A stretch of DNA of 64,000 bases from Bigelowiella natans CCMP2755 (Eukaryota > Protista > Cercozoa). The first letter of the stretch is position 1; each line of letters opens with the position of its first letter. Where the stretch lies: NCBI GenBank assembly GCA_000320545.1, contig ADNK01000741.1:1-64000 (forward strand), written 5' to 3'. Shown here piece after piece: positions 49,804-64,000 of this stretch. Both the position numbers and the translations under genes were made by a program. The notes below the pieces were generated by a model, which did not search any database, was not told the DNA's origin, and worked only from the letters and a program-made list of their open reading frames with translations.

Positions 49804-50061
49804 TCACACTCACACTCACACACTCACACACTTACACACTAACACACAATTTAAAAATAGTTTGTTTTGTAACACTGGCAAATAGAGTCGGTCATTTGTA
49901 CCGTGAGAAGGAGGAATTACGGGAGGCTGTACACCAGCTTGAGTTGGAACTGCATCGTGAAAGGGTAGTATGTATGTATGTATGTATGTATGTATGTAGA
50001 ACAACGTATGTGCAAGCGAGGACAACACTATGACATATGGCATTCAAATGTTAATCATTAA

Positions 50062-50106
<45 letters not shown>

Positions 50107-50363
50107 TAGTGCGTTTTAGTACATGTTTTAAGCGTTTTTCTTCATTCATTGTAGGGCCGTGCGACTGAGCTCCGAAATGCTACTGCGGGTACTCACCAAA
50201 GAGAAGGAAGTGACGTCATCGATGTCTTTATCTATGAAATAATTGCATATGTAGTTGATAGTGTTGCAGATGGAAAAGATGAATACATTATTTAAGAGCA
50301 GGAGTTTCTACCCCACTCGATCATTCTTTTCTAAGAAAGAAATTCGTGGACTATACGCGCATC

Positions 50364-50406
<43 letters not shown>

Positions 50407-50607
50407 TATTTATATTTATATTTATATTTATATTTATATATATAATTTAGTAATGGCAAGTTGTATATTATGAAGCAGCATGTATGCGCGTGGTTTTTGT
50501 TTGTGTGTTTGCATGTTTGTAAATTTTGGTCTTTTGGGTGAATGTTATTAATTACATCATCATTTTCTATCATCTTCTTCATCATCATCGTCATCATCAT
50601 CATTACT

Positions 50608-50642
<35 letters not shown>

Positions 50643-51560
50643 TATCATCACCATGTAAATATCAGATCAAAAAGTAGATACCGAGCTCCAATACCGTCGT
50701 ACATGTCAGAGATTGGAAAAGGTAGTTGCTGCATAAAGTAGTAGTCTTGTCTTCTTTCATATATGGAACTACCTGTTACGCACCTTACTACTTACATGTC
50801 CTCTTGGACTTTTTTCCAATAAAGATATTTCAGTGGTTTTTTATACTGATTTTAAAATAATCCTGTAGGCTGATGAAGAGCGCGATAAGGCGCTAATCGA
50901 GCTGAAAACAACTCAGACACGTAATGAATACTACATTCAATAAGTTGCTACCACTCTCTGCCACCCGTTGATTTATGCTTGAAACCTTTACTTACTACAG
51001 CTACTCCTAAACAGATAGACAACAACAAATAATCGAAATAAATAAACACTCAACTTTAATTAAATTTGATGGTGATGATGACGACAACGATAATAATGAT
51101 GGCGGTGATAACTTAAATTGACATAAATTGAAACTATATGTACCGCGGGTTTATAGTGTAGCCGTTTAACAAATTTTTCGAATCACATGCACATGTTTAG
51201 GTGTTGCAGATCTTGAGGCAAATATTTTACGTCTCGAAGAAAAACGAAGGTTGGCTGAGGAAAGGGTAAATCGTGCTACTACTGTGTATAGTTATTGATA
51301 ATAACGTGGTACATACATGATGATTTTGTTGGTGCGCGCCGTGATCAAGAAAACCACCATGATGATTATAGATTACATTATCATCAACAACTGTTTGATC
51401 AACAATTTCAACAATACAATGATAAACAACAAAAAACTGCAATTGTATTATAAATACGATGTCTACTTCCCATATTGTTTTAGGTAGTAGATATCAGGAA
51501 AAATCTGGGTGATGAGGTGGTGAAAACAAAGGTTGGATGGTTTTTTTTAAGAATACATAT

Positions 51561-51602
<42 letters not shown>

Positions 51603-52342
51603 TATTCTATACACTAGACACTAGACACTATACACATAGTGGATTATACTTGCAACCGCATATTATCCCGTGTACGTGTGTGGGGGTACATAAACAACTT
51701 TTTCGCTAGGAAAAGCTGAATGCTATGGTCTTGGAGAAAGAGAAAACTCTCACAAAACTCTCGAAATCCCTCGAGAAACTAAACGAGTCTAGGGATCATA
51801 TAGCAAATCTTACAAGATTTTCAGATAGGTAGTATCTCCACCCGTCGTTCTTTGAGCTGCTCTCTCCTCCAATATTCTAAACAATACCTACTATTATGGC
51901 CCCCCTTTGTCTTTTCGACGACATACATTTGCGTGGTGTTTCTGCTGTTTTACCCGATGGATGATGAGCGCAAATAGTAGTATATACAAGCAGTATTATC
52001 CACTAGGAGCATCGTCCTTCACACACAACGAACGAACGAAAGAAAGAACGATATATCCGGCCTATAACCGATCATCATCATCCTTTGTATTATGTCTGAT
52101 ATCATGATGATGTTTTACTGTGACGATAACGGATAATCGAATATAGTACTAGTATGTATACACACGCAGATAATGACGATATAATTAGAGTTGGTGAGGA
52201 TTTGAGAGAGCTACGGGGGAAGGAAGCACGGGCGTCTTCGCAACTGAAAGTAGAGGCTGTGGCGCACAGGGTTGTTGTTGTAGTAGTAGTAGACAGGGGT
52301 AAGATGGAAATAATACCAATAGATAGCTACTCTATATTATAA

Positions 52343-52383
<41 letters not shown>

Positions 52384-52621
52384 AATACAGAGTAAGAAAT
52401 ATAAAGATATGCAGTAACAGTACCAACTTCTTCGTATTTATTATTCTTCGAGTAAATAATGATCCCATCGGGAGAATGCGACAAATGCATGATGATGATG
52501 ATGATGATGATAATCTTTTACAGTGCTGCAGCCGCTGCTGTGAGTACTTACAACGCAATTAATAATACCACTTGACCACTGCCAATCATAATGATATGAA
52601 GTGATGAGTGCTGGAGAGTGA

Positions 52622-52660
<39 letters not shown>

Positions 52661-52675
52661 AAATAAGGTCCATCG

Positions 52676-52709
<34 letters not shown>

Positions 52710-53153
52710 GATCATCTTTTATCACTTCATGTGTACTGAGCTATTGTGTATATATCATCTCAAGACGGCGGCTGCAAGGTTGAAGAAAGAAATTCAGGAT
52801 ATACGCCGAAAACTTCAGAATGAAGCGGCTAAATCGGAGGTGCTAAATAGATAGATATTCTAGCTTTCTTTCCCATGTGAATAAAGAATACTCCACAACA
52901 ACATACATACACCCTCTTCTTCTTCCTTATGAATTCATGCGGTTATACTGTAGAAAGCAATGCAGGATGCGGACGGAGCGAAGTTAGCGGAAAAGTAAGC
53001 TGCTGTGAGATCACTCACCATTGAATATTGTTTTAAAACAACGAATGCTGAAAATGATATTTGACAATTAACATACATCTATCTATCACTTAGAAAAGCA
53101 AAAGATGATTTGCAAACCCTCAAAAAGGATGTAAGTATAGTATATAGTATATA

Positions 53154-53199
<46 letters not shown>

Positions 53200-53702
53200 T
53201 GATGTGTATATAATATTTGGAGTATTTACACTACATTTTTTATTTTATTAAGTGTATTTATTCTACATGTTTTCCCTAATTTATTGATGAATTATTAATG
53301 CCTAGTTTTTAATATTTTTAAATCTGTGTATTTGTTCGTAATCATGTTTGTCATAAATATTTTCTCTTTTTTTTTTTAAATTAAGATGGTAAAACTACGA
53401 GCCACGGCAAAAAAGGCAGAGGAGGCGCTCATTGAGATTCGCAAGGAATTTATGACTGTTCGGATACAGAAAATTGACATTTCAAAAGATGCTAACGAGT
53501 GAGTCATGAGAAGAAGAAAAGTGATATTTATTATATATTACTGTATGCATACCGGTCGGAAGTAGTAGCAGTGCCATAACAAAAATAGGCAATATGATCC
53601 TGCACACGTTGTATGACTACGCATCCGCCAAGAATAATATGCACCTGGTTATGCATGAGTACATCATATCTCTCAAGCATTATATATCGTCCTTTTCTCT
53701 CG

Positions 53703-53736
<34 letters not shown>

Positions 53737-55737
53737 GGAAGCCGCCTTGTTTCTTAACCTCTTTGCGTTGGTGTTGATCTTTGGTTGTATTATCAGACGC
53801 AAAGTAGAGCTTGAGAAGGCACAGGAACTTATTAACTCTAAGATTGAGGAAACAGCTCATCTACACGCTCTTTGTGCGGTAAGGACGAAAGAGCGCGACG
53901 AATTGCTCCATGAGGTCCAAAATTCGAGAAATTTGACCCAGGAACTACGGAAGGCACTCGCCGCTGTGCATAAGGACATGAATCATTTGCAGACTCGTGA
54001 GATAGCAACGATCAAATCCAGGAAGGATGCTGAGCGGCGTGAGTATGATGCAAACGCCAGAGCCAACAAACTTGAGGTAGTGTGTGGTTACGGATTAATA
54101 GTACCAGGAGAAACAGAAGAGAATAAGAAGTTGATTGAATAGGCACACTAACTGATAACCCTTGTCTCTCTTAATAACATTTATTTATGCACACACGTAC
54201 GAGCATCCATTCTATTAATTGGCCTCCTCCTTCTCCTCCCACTACTAACCAGCAAGAATTGAGGGATATCATGATAGAGCTTAATGTCATCTCAGGTGAG
54301 GTTGCCAACCTCACCACCACCACCAGCAGCAGCAGCTTAAATGCAGGCAATGGCAAAAGTCACTACAAAATACAGCCATCAAGGACAGTACCTAGGACAA
54401 CAATGATGACGATGGAAACAGCAGGTAATGAGAAGAGGAGTCTTACAATAGGCAGTAGCTAGCTAGCTACGTCGTCCTCTCGAAGCCTGCTAATTTTGCA
54501 AATTATTGTGTGTGTTGGGAAGGCGAAGTATGTAAAAACAATAATCACGGAAAGGAGATAGAAGTTTACAATGAAGAGGGTTGAGACTCACCTCATCATC
54601 TCAGTTAGTGTATTATTAGCGAAGACAATTACTAACCAGTTACTATCCACAATCACCATCATTATAACCAATACTCTTTTACAGGTGACGGGGAGGTTGA
54701 ATTACCACCGCTTGTAACGGAGGGAGGGGCAACAAGATCTCCAACACAACCTCGGAAGTAGTCCAACATTCTACACCCAAAGAATAATAGTCCAACAGAT
54801 AAAAGTTGATGGTGATGATGATGATGATCATGTTCTTATTTTAAATACAACAATTGTCTTAGAATTTAGCTTCTTCAAAGAGTATACCAACCATTTGAAT
54901 AATGTTCAGAATGTGCTGCCCAAAAATCTCTTCATCTTCTTTATTTGATCATTCCTCCTTCTCCTCCTCCTCCTCCTCCTCCTCCTCCTCCTCCTCCTTT
55001 TGCATTCGACACGATTCGAAAGTGCGTAGTAATGATGCTGTTTCACATGTAGTGCTTGTTCGTGAATACTGTGTGTATTTTCATTGTCATTCATTAGGTT
55101 TATGTATTCCGCCCCACCTCCCCTCCATCAACATCCTCATTACTATGACATGTACCACCTACATGCCCATCGCAACCAGCTGCCACTACAATCCCCCCCC
55201 AACAACAATCACCATCATTGCAATCAGCATCAGCATAGTCGTCGTCTTTTGCATCATCATCAGCAGCGCTTCCTTCAAGATCAGAGGCGACCCCTTTCCC
55301 CCCCTCCCTCCTCTTCATCACCACCTCCTCCTTCCCTCCTTCGTAAACAACAATCCCAAGATCCTCATCATCACCATCAACTACCCCATCGACAGCAAAG
55401 AAGAACAAATCTCATTCCACCCGCCGCAACTAACACCAACGGATATCATCAACATCATCACAACCAATATCAACATCAACACAATCAGCAAATCCAAGAG
55501 AATCATGATCCCTATAATCATCATCATCATCATCATCATCAAGATCACTTCGACGATGGTCTACAGCACCATCCAAAACACAGCATGGATCCCCTCCCCA
55601 TCCTGCCTAATCATCATCATTACCATGCATTTTACACTAGCGCTCTTCAAGAAATACAGACGTCATCGCCCCCCCTTTTGAATAATAATAGGTAAAATGA
55701 CCTACACGTTTTGAGACAGATCATCATTACATTCCGT

Positions 55738-55772
<35 letters not shown>

Positions 55773-55889
55773 CCGCTTACGCTATCTATCTCTCTATCTT
55801 GGCGGCGATCATTCATTGCCGATGCAAGTTCTATTCCTTCCACTAATACTCCCTCATTGCCTATCTGAACAATTTATTTTATCAACGCC

Positions 55890-55940
<51 letters not shown>

Positions 55941-56979
55941 TGTTACTCTTGTGTACTTTTCGTTTCAAATATTATCATCAAATCAGTGATCTAACACTAA
56001 TCGTGACCTCATGATCATCTTCATCAATAATTACAATATATGTGTTTATACCACCATCAGCAGCACGTCACGCATAGCATATACCCCTCTAATGGACTCT
56101 GAGGATGGTGAGAAAGAAGACACAAATTCATACAAACATTCCACATTCCACATTCTACATTCCACACAGTACGAACACACAAATATTCACACAATACGAC
56201 ACTCAACATTGCATAATTTAGAGGGAGTCGAAGAATGGCATATGACAAATAAACGAGAAAGGGGAAGAGGAGGAGGAGGAGGAGGATTCGCTGCGATAAT
56301 TGGAGGGGGTAGCAAAATAGAATGAAATTTTGTGAGTGACAAAAACCTCCTCTCAAGTAATAATAGACTAGATGCAGAAACCACGAGATTTAGATGCGAA
56401 TTGAGCTTGTCGATCTTTCCATGCTTGCAACTGAAATATAATCTGTATTAGGAGGGCGTTGATTGAACAACCATGGTTTCATTGACCCATGTCGTTGGAT
56501 TCCCGTTTCTGTGTCACTTTCTCTCTCCCCTCTCACTAAGATGAAGATAGAGAGAACAGTAGTGTGCAGGGGTTTGAAATATACGCGCAGTCTCTAGTCA
56601 CCAGCGTCACAAATACAAACACACATAATTAAAAGGATCCTTCCCTCCTCCCGCGACTCAAATGTCGTCTCAATGGCAACTACCACAGCAACAGCGTCCT
56701 TATAACTCCGTGCGCTCTATCAATCGCTGCTGCTGCTGCTGCAGCTTCGATTTGGCAACGTAATCTGCCGCACAATCGCGTCATAGTCATTATGATAGTC
56801 ATCATAGTCGCTCATCTATACTTGTTACAGCAACTGGTGGTAATACATTTTCATCAATTGTTTCTTCTGCTGCGGCAAGTCGTGATGGCGAAATATCTTC
56901 TGCAGTTTCCTCCTCCGCCAATGGACACTATGAGACCGTACATATCTCAACACGCACAGCTAAATCAAAATTTCATTAG
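48028..56979 (+). CDS. RRM plus long coiled-coil protein with an N-terminal hydrophobic (signal-like) leader and a His/Gln/Pro-rich tail; 3' end uncertain (54761 or ~56979)
   Basis: RRM LFIGSLSKSVTEKDMRALCERYGKIKSLSIVEGPPNKNNIAFVNFYDK|REACDAQIGLEGARFRGSYLRT (~48390-48680). Many short E/K/R/L-rich exons over 49100-54080. Phase-compatible splices lead into 55098-55692 and 56061-56108. Confidence 0.7.
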
Positions 56980-57099
56980 ATTCATATTAGACATTTGCAC
57001 TTCTAAATTTTAGCAAATCTCTCCCCTGCTGAAATGCTGTGCATCATCTCACACTCTGTGATGTGTTTTTACATCCGATTTCTTTGTCATATGAGCGCA

Positions 57100-58850
57100 T
57101 GCCATGGACACTCGTGTGTGCTGTCATGCCATGTGACATGCACTGTTTCTACACCAACAAAGAGCGTCTAGGCAAAAAAGATCATTGATGCCATCACAAA
57201 ATCATGCGAACCGTAGTTCTAGATGTGTAGAGGCAAGCAACGGTGCTAGCAGGCTTTGCGTGTTTGTTCACCGTTTCTACATTTGCGCACAGGATGCAGT
57301 CTAGCAGTGCTTGGCAGTCGATCAGCGCGCCGCATGCGGCGTTTTTATTTGCTCTTAGCAAGCTTGGTAGCTTGCGCTTGCGACAAAAAGGTCTGGGGGC
57401 GTTCCCGTCTGACTAGCTGAATGATGACCACTACGCGCTGCCCTAGCTGTGAGACGTCACACGTGCATGGTCATGTGACATGCACGCATGGCTCATGGAG
57501 TTTTGAAGAGTCAGACGAAGTAGTGCATGATGACCACGGTTGTGCAGTGGAGTGCCGACGTGCCATGTGTTCTCTGCAGTGCACAGCCCATCGCAATGCA
57601 CATGCAAAACGACGGTGCTGCGCATGCGTGCATTTTCATGCGCGCGATGAGCGTGCGCAAATGCACGAGAAGGCTCACCGAACTACTGGACTGGCTGACG
57701 CTGCACACAAGTGCTCAAATTTCAAAAAAAACATCAAAATTACCATTCTGGCGCAAATGTGCACCAAAAACAGCTGTTTCTAGGCATTTTGATGGTTTTC
57801 TTGAAATTTGAGCACTTTTTGGTGTATTCTGATGAGAATGGTTGGCATCCATCTCAAAGCGCTGATCATGACGGCTCTGAATCTGCAAAAAGTCCGAATT
57901 TGGACCAAAACTCAATGCGCTAGACCAAAAAGTGTGCGTCGATTTGGTCGATTTGCGCACTTTTTGAGCTGCGCAAAAAGTGATGCAATTTCGTCTCAAA
58001 TGGACTTTGAGACAAATGGTTGTAGCTGCATGTTCAGCTGGCGTGATGATCACGATGCGCTACTTTTTGATGCATTTGGAGCAAATGCGCGAGCTCTGCG
58101 GTGCCCCAACATTGCATGAATTTTCAAGTGTTTTCATTTTTCAAAATGCGATTTTTTGACACAAAACGTGCAGAAACGTGTGCACCGAATGCGCGCGACA
58201 TTTTTGCAGTTGAATGCATCCACCTCGGTGCGCAGGGCAAAGAATTGTGCAAAAATTCCATTGCAAACCCACGCTACACGCTGCGCTAGCGCGCCTGAAA
58301 ACTGCCATGCGCGGCTAGCGCGGCGAGGTTTTCCGCAGTTGTGAAGTGCTCAAAAATGGAAAAATCTTCAAAACTCAGGGAAACAGTGTCAGAAGCGTGC
58401 ATGACGAGTCACTTGACTGCGCTGGATGTGGGGGGCAATGTGGGCAGGGCCGCCACGCCAGGCCATAAAGCTGTTCACAGGCTTGATCGAGCCACACATA
58501 CGTCGCAGGGCGCTAGGGCGCCCCAGAGCTCAAGGGGGGCGGAAATGAGGGGTCCTGCGGCAAAGTAGGGTGCTTTTTGCGCGGCGCAGATTTCACTGAA
58601 TTTCAGAAAATAAAACGCTGTGCTTTGGCTTGGCAAAGTACGTGCGGAAATGGCTCATCAGCGCGCCAAGAGAAGCCATTACCGCAGGCCCGCTTCGCAT
58701 CGCGGCCGGTGGCGCTCGGCAGGGCCTCACTAGCTCGCAGGGCGCCTGCGATTGCCGTTGCCGGAACCTAGCCCCCCTTGCATGAGCTCTATGGCTAGGG
58801 CGCCCCGCGCTTATCATGCATGTGCAGTGTGCACACGTGCACAGCGGCTA
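57100..58850. mobile_element. Degenerate repeat/DNA-transposon-like relic; partially TpA-depleted island 3
   Basis: About 25 TA in 57100-58440, of which ~21 are CTAG or CTAC/GTAG. Internal inverted repeats. No credible ORF. Confidence 0.65.
57711..57842. repeat. Inverted repeat pair
   Basis: 57711-57740 matches the reverse complement of 57786-57815 at 28/30 positions. A weaker pair is 57742-57770 vs 57816-57842. Confidence 0.85.
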
Positions 58851-59214
58851 CTACATTTTGCATGTCGCATGCATGTGCACATTACGCGGGAGGGTCGATG
58901 ATCTTTTACATGTACCGCCCAAGCATGTAGATGTATACGCTATACATGTCAGAATCCTTTGAGTGTACACACATCGTCATCGTCAGATGAGCGTGCAATG
59001 TGCAAAATAAGTCTTGTATTGCAAGCTACAAAATGTTAGTACGATCGAGGTACCATGCACGGCTACATCATATTATTCAAGCTTCTGCTTCCACATTCGT
59101 GCTCTCATGCGATTACCAATTTGCATTGATGTTACCCACACAACTTGTCTGTAACTGCTTGTGACGTACTGAATAGCCAGCTTTATCAACAAATATTAAA
59201 TTATTTTGGTAATT

Positions 59215-62145
59215 CTACTTCTCACCACCAAACCAATCTCCTGCAGAACCCGACTTTGTCTTCTTTTTCGATTCCTTTGCCTCTCTTCTTTGTTTCGATG
59301 ACTTTTTGTCCATTTTTTTCTTGTGTTTTTGTAGGACTTTGAGGGCATCGTCTTTATTATCAGGCCGAAGACCTTCATAGGGTGAAAATCCAAAATTGTT
59401 GCATATAGAATCGTCCGCGCCCTTTGAAATTAGGTAGCTGCCCAGATCTTCGTAGTGATAATTAAATAAAAAGTGCAGTGGTGTTTGGCCTTCCATCTGA
59501 AAAGAAAACAATAGTGAATGAGATACTCACGTCAATTCCGATATACAAAATAAAATCATTATCAAGTAAGTATATGTTACGTTTTGCGCGTTGAGATTTG
59601 CTCCCCATCGTAAGCACACTTTAATCATGCGCTTGTGGCCGTTCTGGCAGGCAATATGCAGGACGGTATTTCCATGCTTGTCAACTGTATCTGGATCTGT
59701 GCCCTTGGCAAAGTCTTGTTCCACATCGGTAGACCTGTTATTTCTCGCCTTGGTAAATAGCTCTCGTTTCTTAGCCTCCTCGAACATGTCTTTCTCTGCT
59801 TGCTTGTTGAGCTCGTTGTCCTCTTGGTCTTGAAAACCACCGCCTCCCGCTGCTGGTGCCCCACCGCCTTGGTTTGCAACAACGAGAGCATTGCTGTTTC
59901 CTGCGGCAATGGCAGGGACCCCCTTCTTTCTAGCACCACCAATAGCTCCCCCTCCCCCCCCCCCTGCAGCAATGTTACTCGACATCTGAGTTTGCATCGC
60001 AAGGACTTGGTTGAAGAATGCAAGCTGATTGACAAGTATTTGATTCATACCAGCGGCCATACCACCCATGCCTCCTCCTCCTCCAGCACCCATGCCCATG
60101 TTACCCATCATACTACCATCACCTCCTCCTGCATTATTTGCCATACCTCCACTCTGACCACCAAGTGGGACCACTGTACCCGCGTTGGATGCTGGACCAG
60201 CAACCGTAAGAGCCATGCTTTTTGCGTCCCCTCCACCATTTTTTCTTGCCACTGGTGCCTGAATTGCAGGACCTCCCGTACTACCAGTGGGCACCGGCTG
60301 TCGAGATGCCTGAGCATTTGGAGCAATTTGTTGCATATGATCGACTGGCGCTGCGTGCGAAGCTGCGATTTGTTTGACATGTTTCTCTGCCCCCGGCCTC
60401 GTCATGCGCTTATCAAAGTAAAGCTTTGGCTGCAGCAATCTGAAACTTTTAGGATTATTTTGAGCGGACATCTCCTCCAAGCACCGTCTGTGCAGATCGT
60501 TAATGTCTTTGGTCCATTCTGAGAGCATCCGTACTTCCTGTTCATCAAGTGTTACCTGAGTATCCCTCGGGTGCATAAACAGTGCGTCGCCGGTATATAC
60601 GCTCTCATCGTCCTCACCAATTGCAGCTTCTACCATTTCATTAGGATACCGATTTGCAGAGACATCAACAATCTCTGGGGGTGTAATGTTTAGAGAAACT
60701 GCACTTTGAATATCTTCTCCAACGTCCTTCAATCGGCAGATTGATGGGATAAACCTTGCCGTTGCTGGTTTAATTTCGATGTACTTCGGGTACAAGGATG
60801 GCACCTCATTCCACCTCGACAGCCTCTTAAATTCTTTAAGATCAGCCTCCTCGATCTTCGAGTAGTATTCTGGAGGATTTTCTGGCGTGTACTTTCCAGT
60901 TAGCTTGTGTTGAATCTTAAAAATTACACATGAATTGCTCGGAGTAGGAAACATCAACGTGTCGCTTGTATCACGTGCTTCCTGTATGAATTCGTTTACA
61001 TTTAGCAGTTCCACAGTATCTGCAAGATCAGATTCTGCTGCACCTTCACCCGCTACATGTTTATCTTCTATCGCAAGTTTATAGTCGTAATCTTCTCTAT
61101 GCGTTCCATCGACATTCCTCTGATTCATCCTATCCATATTTAGTTTGTCTTTGGCCTCTTTCTCCTCGTCTTTGACTTGTTCTTGTTCCATTTCACGCTC
61201 AAGATTTTGAACTTTACACTCGACAGGTTCTTCCTTCCCCTCGAATGAAACAGCCCATAGTCCAGGACTGAAGGTTAGGTAGGAAAATTCAAATGGTATT
61301 AGGAATCAGATTGGTTAGGTGAAACTTACGCTATCCATTTCGAAAGAACTCCTTTCTCTTGCGGAAGCTTTTTGTCCGGAGGGATAAAAGTAACTCGATC
61401 TCCAGGAGCCCATTTAGACCCTTTCAGTGCCTTCTTCCCTTCCTTTCCATCGTCTTCCTCATTAACCTGGGTACCCTTTTCAGCCTCTTCCAATTCTGCA
61501 GGAGGCTTCTTCATGTCTGCTTGATTGATGGACGGGAGACTAACGTTTTCTTTCGGCGACATAGGTTCTTGGGGCTGAAAAAAGTATCACAGGTTCTATA
61601 TTAATGTACTATCAAAACTCACAAGCAAGTTTTTATACCTTCTCTGGACGTCCGGGAAGGGCTGGGAGAGAGGACTTTGGGGAAGTCGGACTTTGATTTT
61701 TTGTTGGGCTCGTTGGTGCATCTAGTTGTGAGTCCTCAGGGCGTGGGGGCCCTACTCGTGGCTCAACCCCACCTTGCTCTTTCAATAATTGCTCCATTGT
61801 CGGCGTATCTTTAGTAAGAAACCGATCAAGGAGAGCTCCAAGCTCATTATCTGACATGATTTGTGCTCTTGGATTTTCCTCTCTCTTCTTCGCCGTATTT
61901 CTTTTTTTCTTGCCCCGAAAATACGGTGACCTTGCATTCCGCGTATGAAGATACTGATTGAGCGGTGTGCTCATCGGAAACTTCTCGATATATTGAGAGG
62001 CTTTATTCGTGACTACATTTTGCTGCTGTATTGAAGGAAGTTCTAGGGGCTTACTTGCGCCCTGAACTGCATGGGGACTACCAGATTTTACTCCTCTATG
62101 TTTGTAGTGATTCAATAGAGTGTCAAGATTATCCTTGGCCGCCAT
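59215..62145 (-). CDS. Ankyrin-repeat protein (C-terminal ANK repeats, Gly/Met-rich linker)
   Basis: DKHGNTVLHIACQNGHKRMIKVCLRWGANLNAQN|MEGQTPLHFLF...LISKGADDSICNNFGFSPYE. Four long exons separated by short introns. Confidence 0.88.
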
Positions 62146-63007
62146 TGCTTCTTAACCCTAGTATGTGGGAACAATCACGAATCCTTTTCTTCCTTGATAT
62201 CGAATTTATTGACCTTATCTCTAAGTTTTGAATATTCGCTTTGAAGATAAGATGTTTTTTATTTCTCCTCTCCGGGTCAATCTGTGAAGTGTAGAGCGAG
62301 TATAAGGGGGGAGAGAATGAACTACTGGGACATCGCCGTTTTCACAGTAACTGACAGCTCCCAGAATATGGGGAGCATTATTCTATGTACAATCTACACT
62401 GAATTCACATGGAAAAGTAAGAAATCACAACAATTTATTATAACGACATACTTAAAAATGCCTTCTTATTTATTTTTAGCACAATTTTTGTATTTTGTTC
62501 CTTGCAATTACATCAAATTAATCTTAAAAAAGCCAGGAATTATTTAATTGCTGCAAAGAGAATTGGGGAAAAAGTCATATGTAAGATGTTTCCGGTTATA
62601 AAACATGTCCAATCTCAAAATATGTTCAATTGTCATAATAACTACTCATTATTCGCAGTAGGGAAAAAAACCTCCCGAAACTTTCCTCAAAAATCTGGAA
62701 TTCTTCTTCTCGGTGCGCATCACATAAACAAGTCTTAATTTATGTCCAGCTGAATCTATGCTATCGCGTAGAAGGTGAATAATATCTCTCTGCGACCAAC
62801 TACTTAGCGAATTTAATGATAATTATCTGGACACATAATACCGAGAATGCAAAGCTTAGTACTTAATAAACAGGAGTAAGAAGTAGTACCAGAGGAGCAC
62901 CAGTTCTCGGCATTCATTTCGTCATCACTCAAGAATACGAGCTCAGGTTCGTTACGAGGTTGTGAGGGTGGGAGAAATCGAATCTAAAACACTCTCCGTG
63001 TATATTA

Positions 63008-64000
63008 ATGCAGATGATACAGAACCAGGCTGACTTAAAGGTATACAAAGTAAATAAAATGAACCATTATTGTGTTCATAGCTTGTGTTTTAATCAGAAT
63101 GTCATATTCTCACCTGATGGGGGAGGCGAAGATCCTCTCCTTGCTTCAAATTCAAATGATTTACCATGGCATATGTCTCAGAATGATGGTTCCGGTAGTC
63201 GTTTATCTTGCTTGTAGTCTCCTTGTGATTTCAATCCACCCTTAGTTCTCTGTTCCCTCCTCACAGCTATTCAAAATTCGGGCAGTACTGGAGGGTTTGG
63301 TGGCACAATCGGAGGGAATATTGGGGGAGGGATGTATGCAGGGCAAGTAGGGGGCTCTTACTTGCACAACAGAGGATCAACTAGTTCAGGAACGGCGTTA
63401 GGGCAGCATCAATACTCTGGGGGTGGGGGGGTTGGGAGATTTGGCATGGGGATGAACGAAGGAGAAAGAGTCGTTGCAAGCCCTGTAAATTTTGAAAATG
63501 AACCCCCGCTTCTCGAAGGTCAGCTGATAACATTCTTGAAACTGTGAATCCAATAAGGGAGGATATTGAAAATGATCATTATTCTTCCACTGAATCTCTA
63601 TCTGATATTGTACTCTTTTCTTAATATTTTTCCATTGTGGAATATTGGTCCCACCCAAATAGAATTAGGAGTCAACTTTGGACATATCACACAAAAGACG
63701 TTAGCCGTGCTAATACCAACAAAGACATTAGATCATCAAATCATGGTAGGTGTCCACCGGCGAGAAGTACTCTTCAGCTCTAATAAGCTTTCATGTGACA
63801 TTAATTTCAGGCTGATACTGACATGGCAGGACCTTTGTGCTTTTGCCTTTTGCTGGGATTTTGCTTACTACTGGTACTAAATTTCGGTTAATCTGTACCC
63901 ATTTGAGAAATGACGTCGTGCGTTGGCATGTACATTGAATTTATATGTCCTGACGATATAAAAATTAAAAATTTTCGCGACAGACGGGAAAGATACATTT
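63008..64000 (+). CDS. YIP1: Yip1/YIPF5-family Golgi membrane protein, 5' part (start uncertain; continues beyond the window)
   Basis: Spliced FENEPPLLE|ELGVNFGHITQKTLAVLIP...IM|ADTDMAGPLCFCLLLGFCLLL, the Yip1 signature EPPLLEELG...DLAGP. Confidence 0.9.

Overview
Eukaryotic nuclear DNA, rich in introns and microsatellites. The style suggests a protist, possibly a chlorarachniophyte, but this is inference only. Genes in order: a >18 kb USP9X/24/34-type deubiquitinase (-, runs off the left edge); an intronless tilS (+); a UBE2G1/Ubc7-type E2 (-); a large orphan secreted protein (+); a divergent CNOT9/Rcd1 paralogue (+); ribokinase (-); a kinase-less RIOK3-N/UBA/Tudor protein (-); a signal-peptide RRM/coiled-coil protein (+); an ankyrin protein (-); and YIP1 (+, runs off the right edge). 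Main observation: three intergenic repeat-derived islands (~23.1-25.15 kb, ~42.5-43.95 kb, ~57.1-58.85 kb) have lost almost every TpA dinucleotide except in CTAG, and more weakly CTAC/GTAG. Homologous repeat copies inside and outside the islands show the TA sites were converted to TG or CA. This suggests a repeat-targeted A->G hypermutation process, the mirror image of fungal RIP. A second candidate is a possible telomerase RNA gene at ~22.1-22.25 kb (-). Counts and alignments were done by eye.
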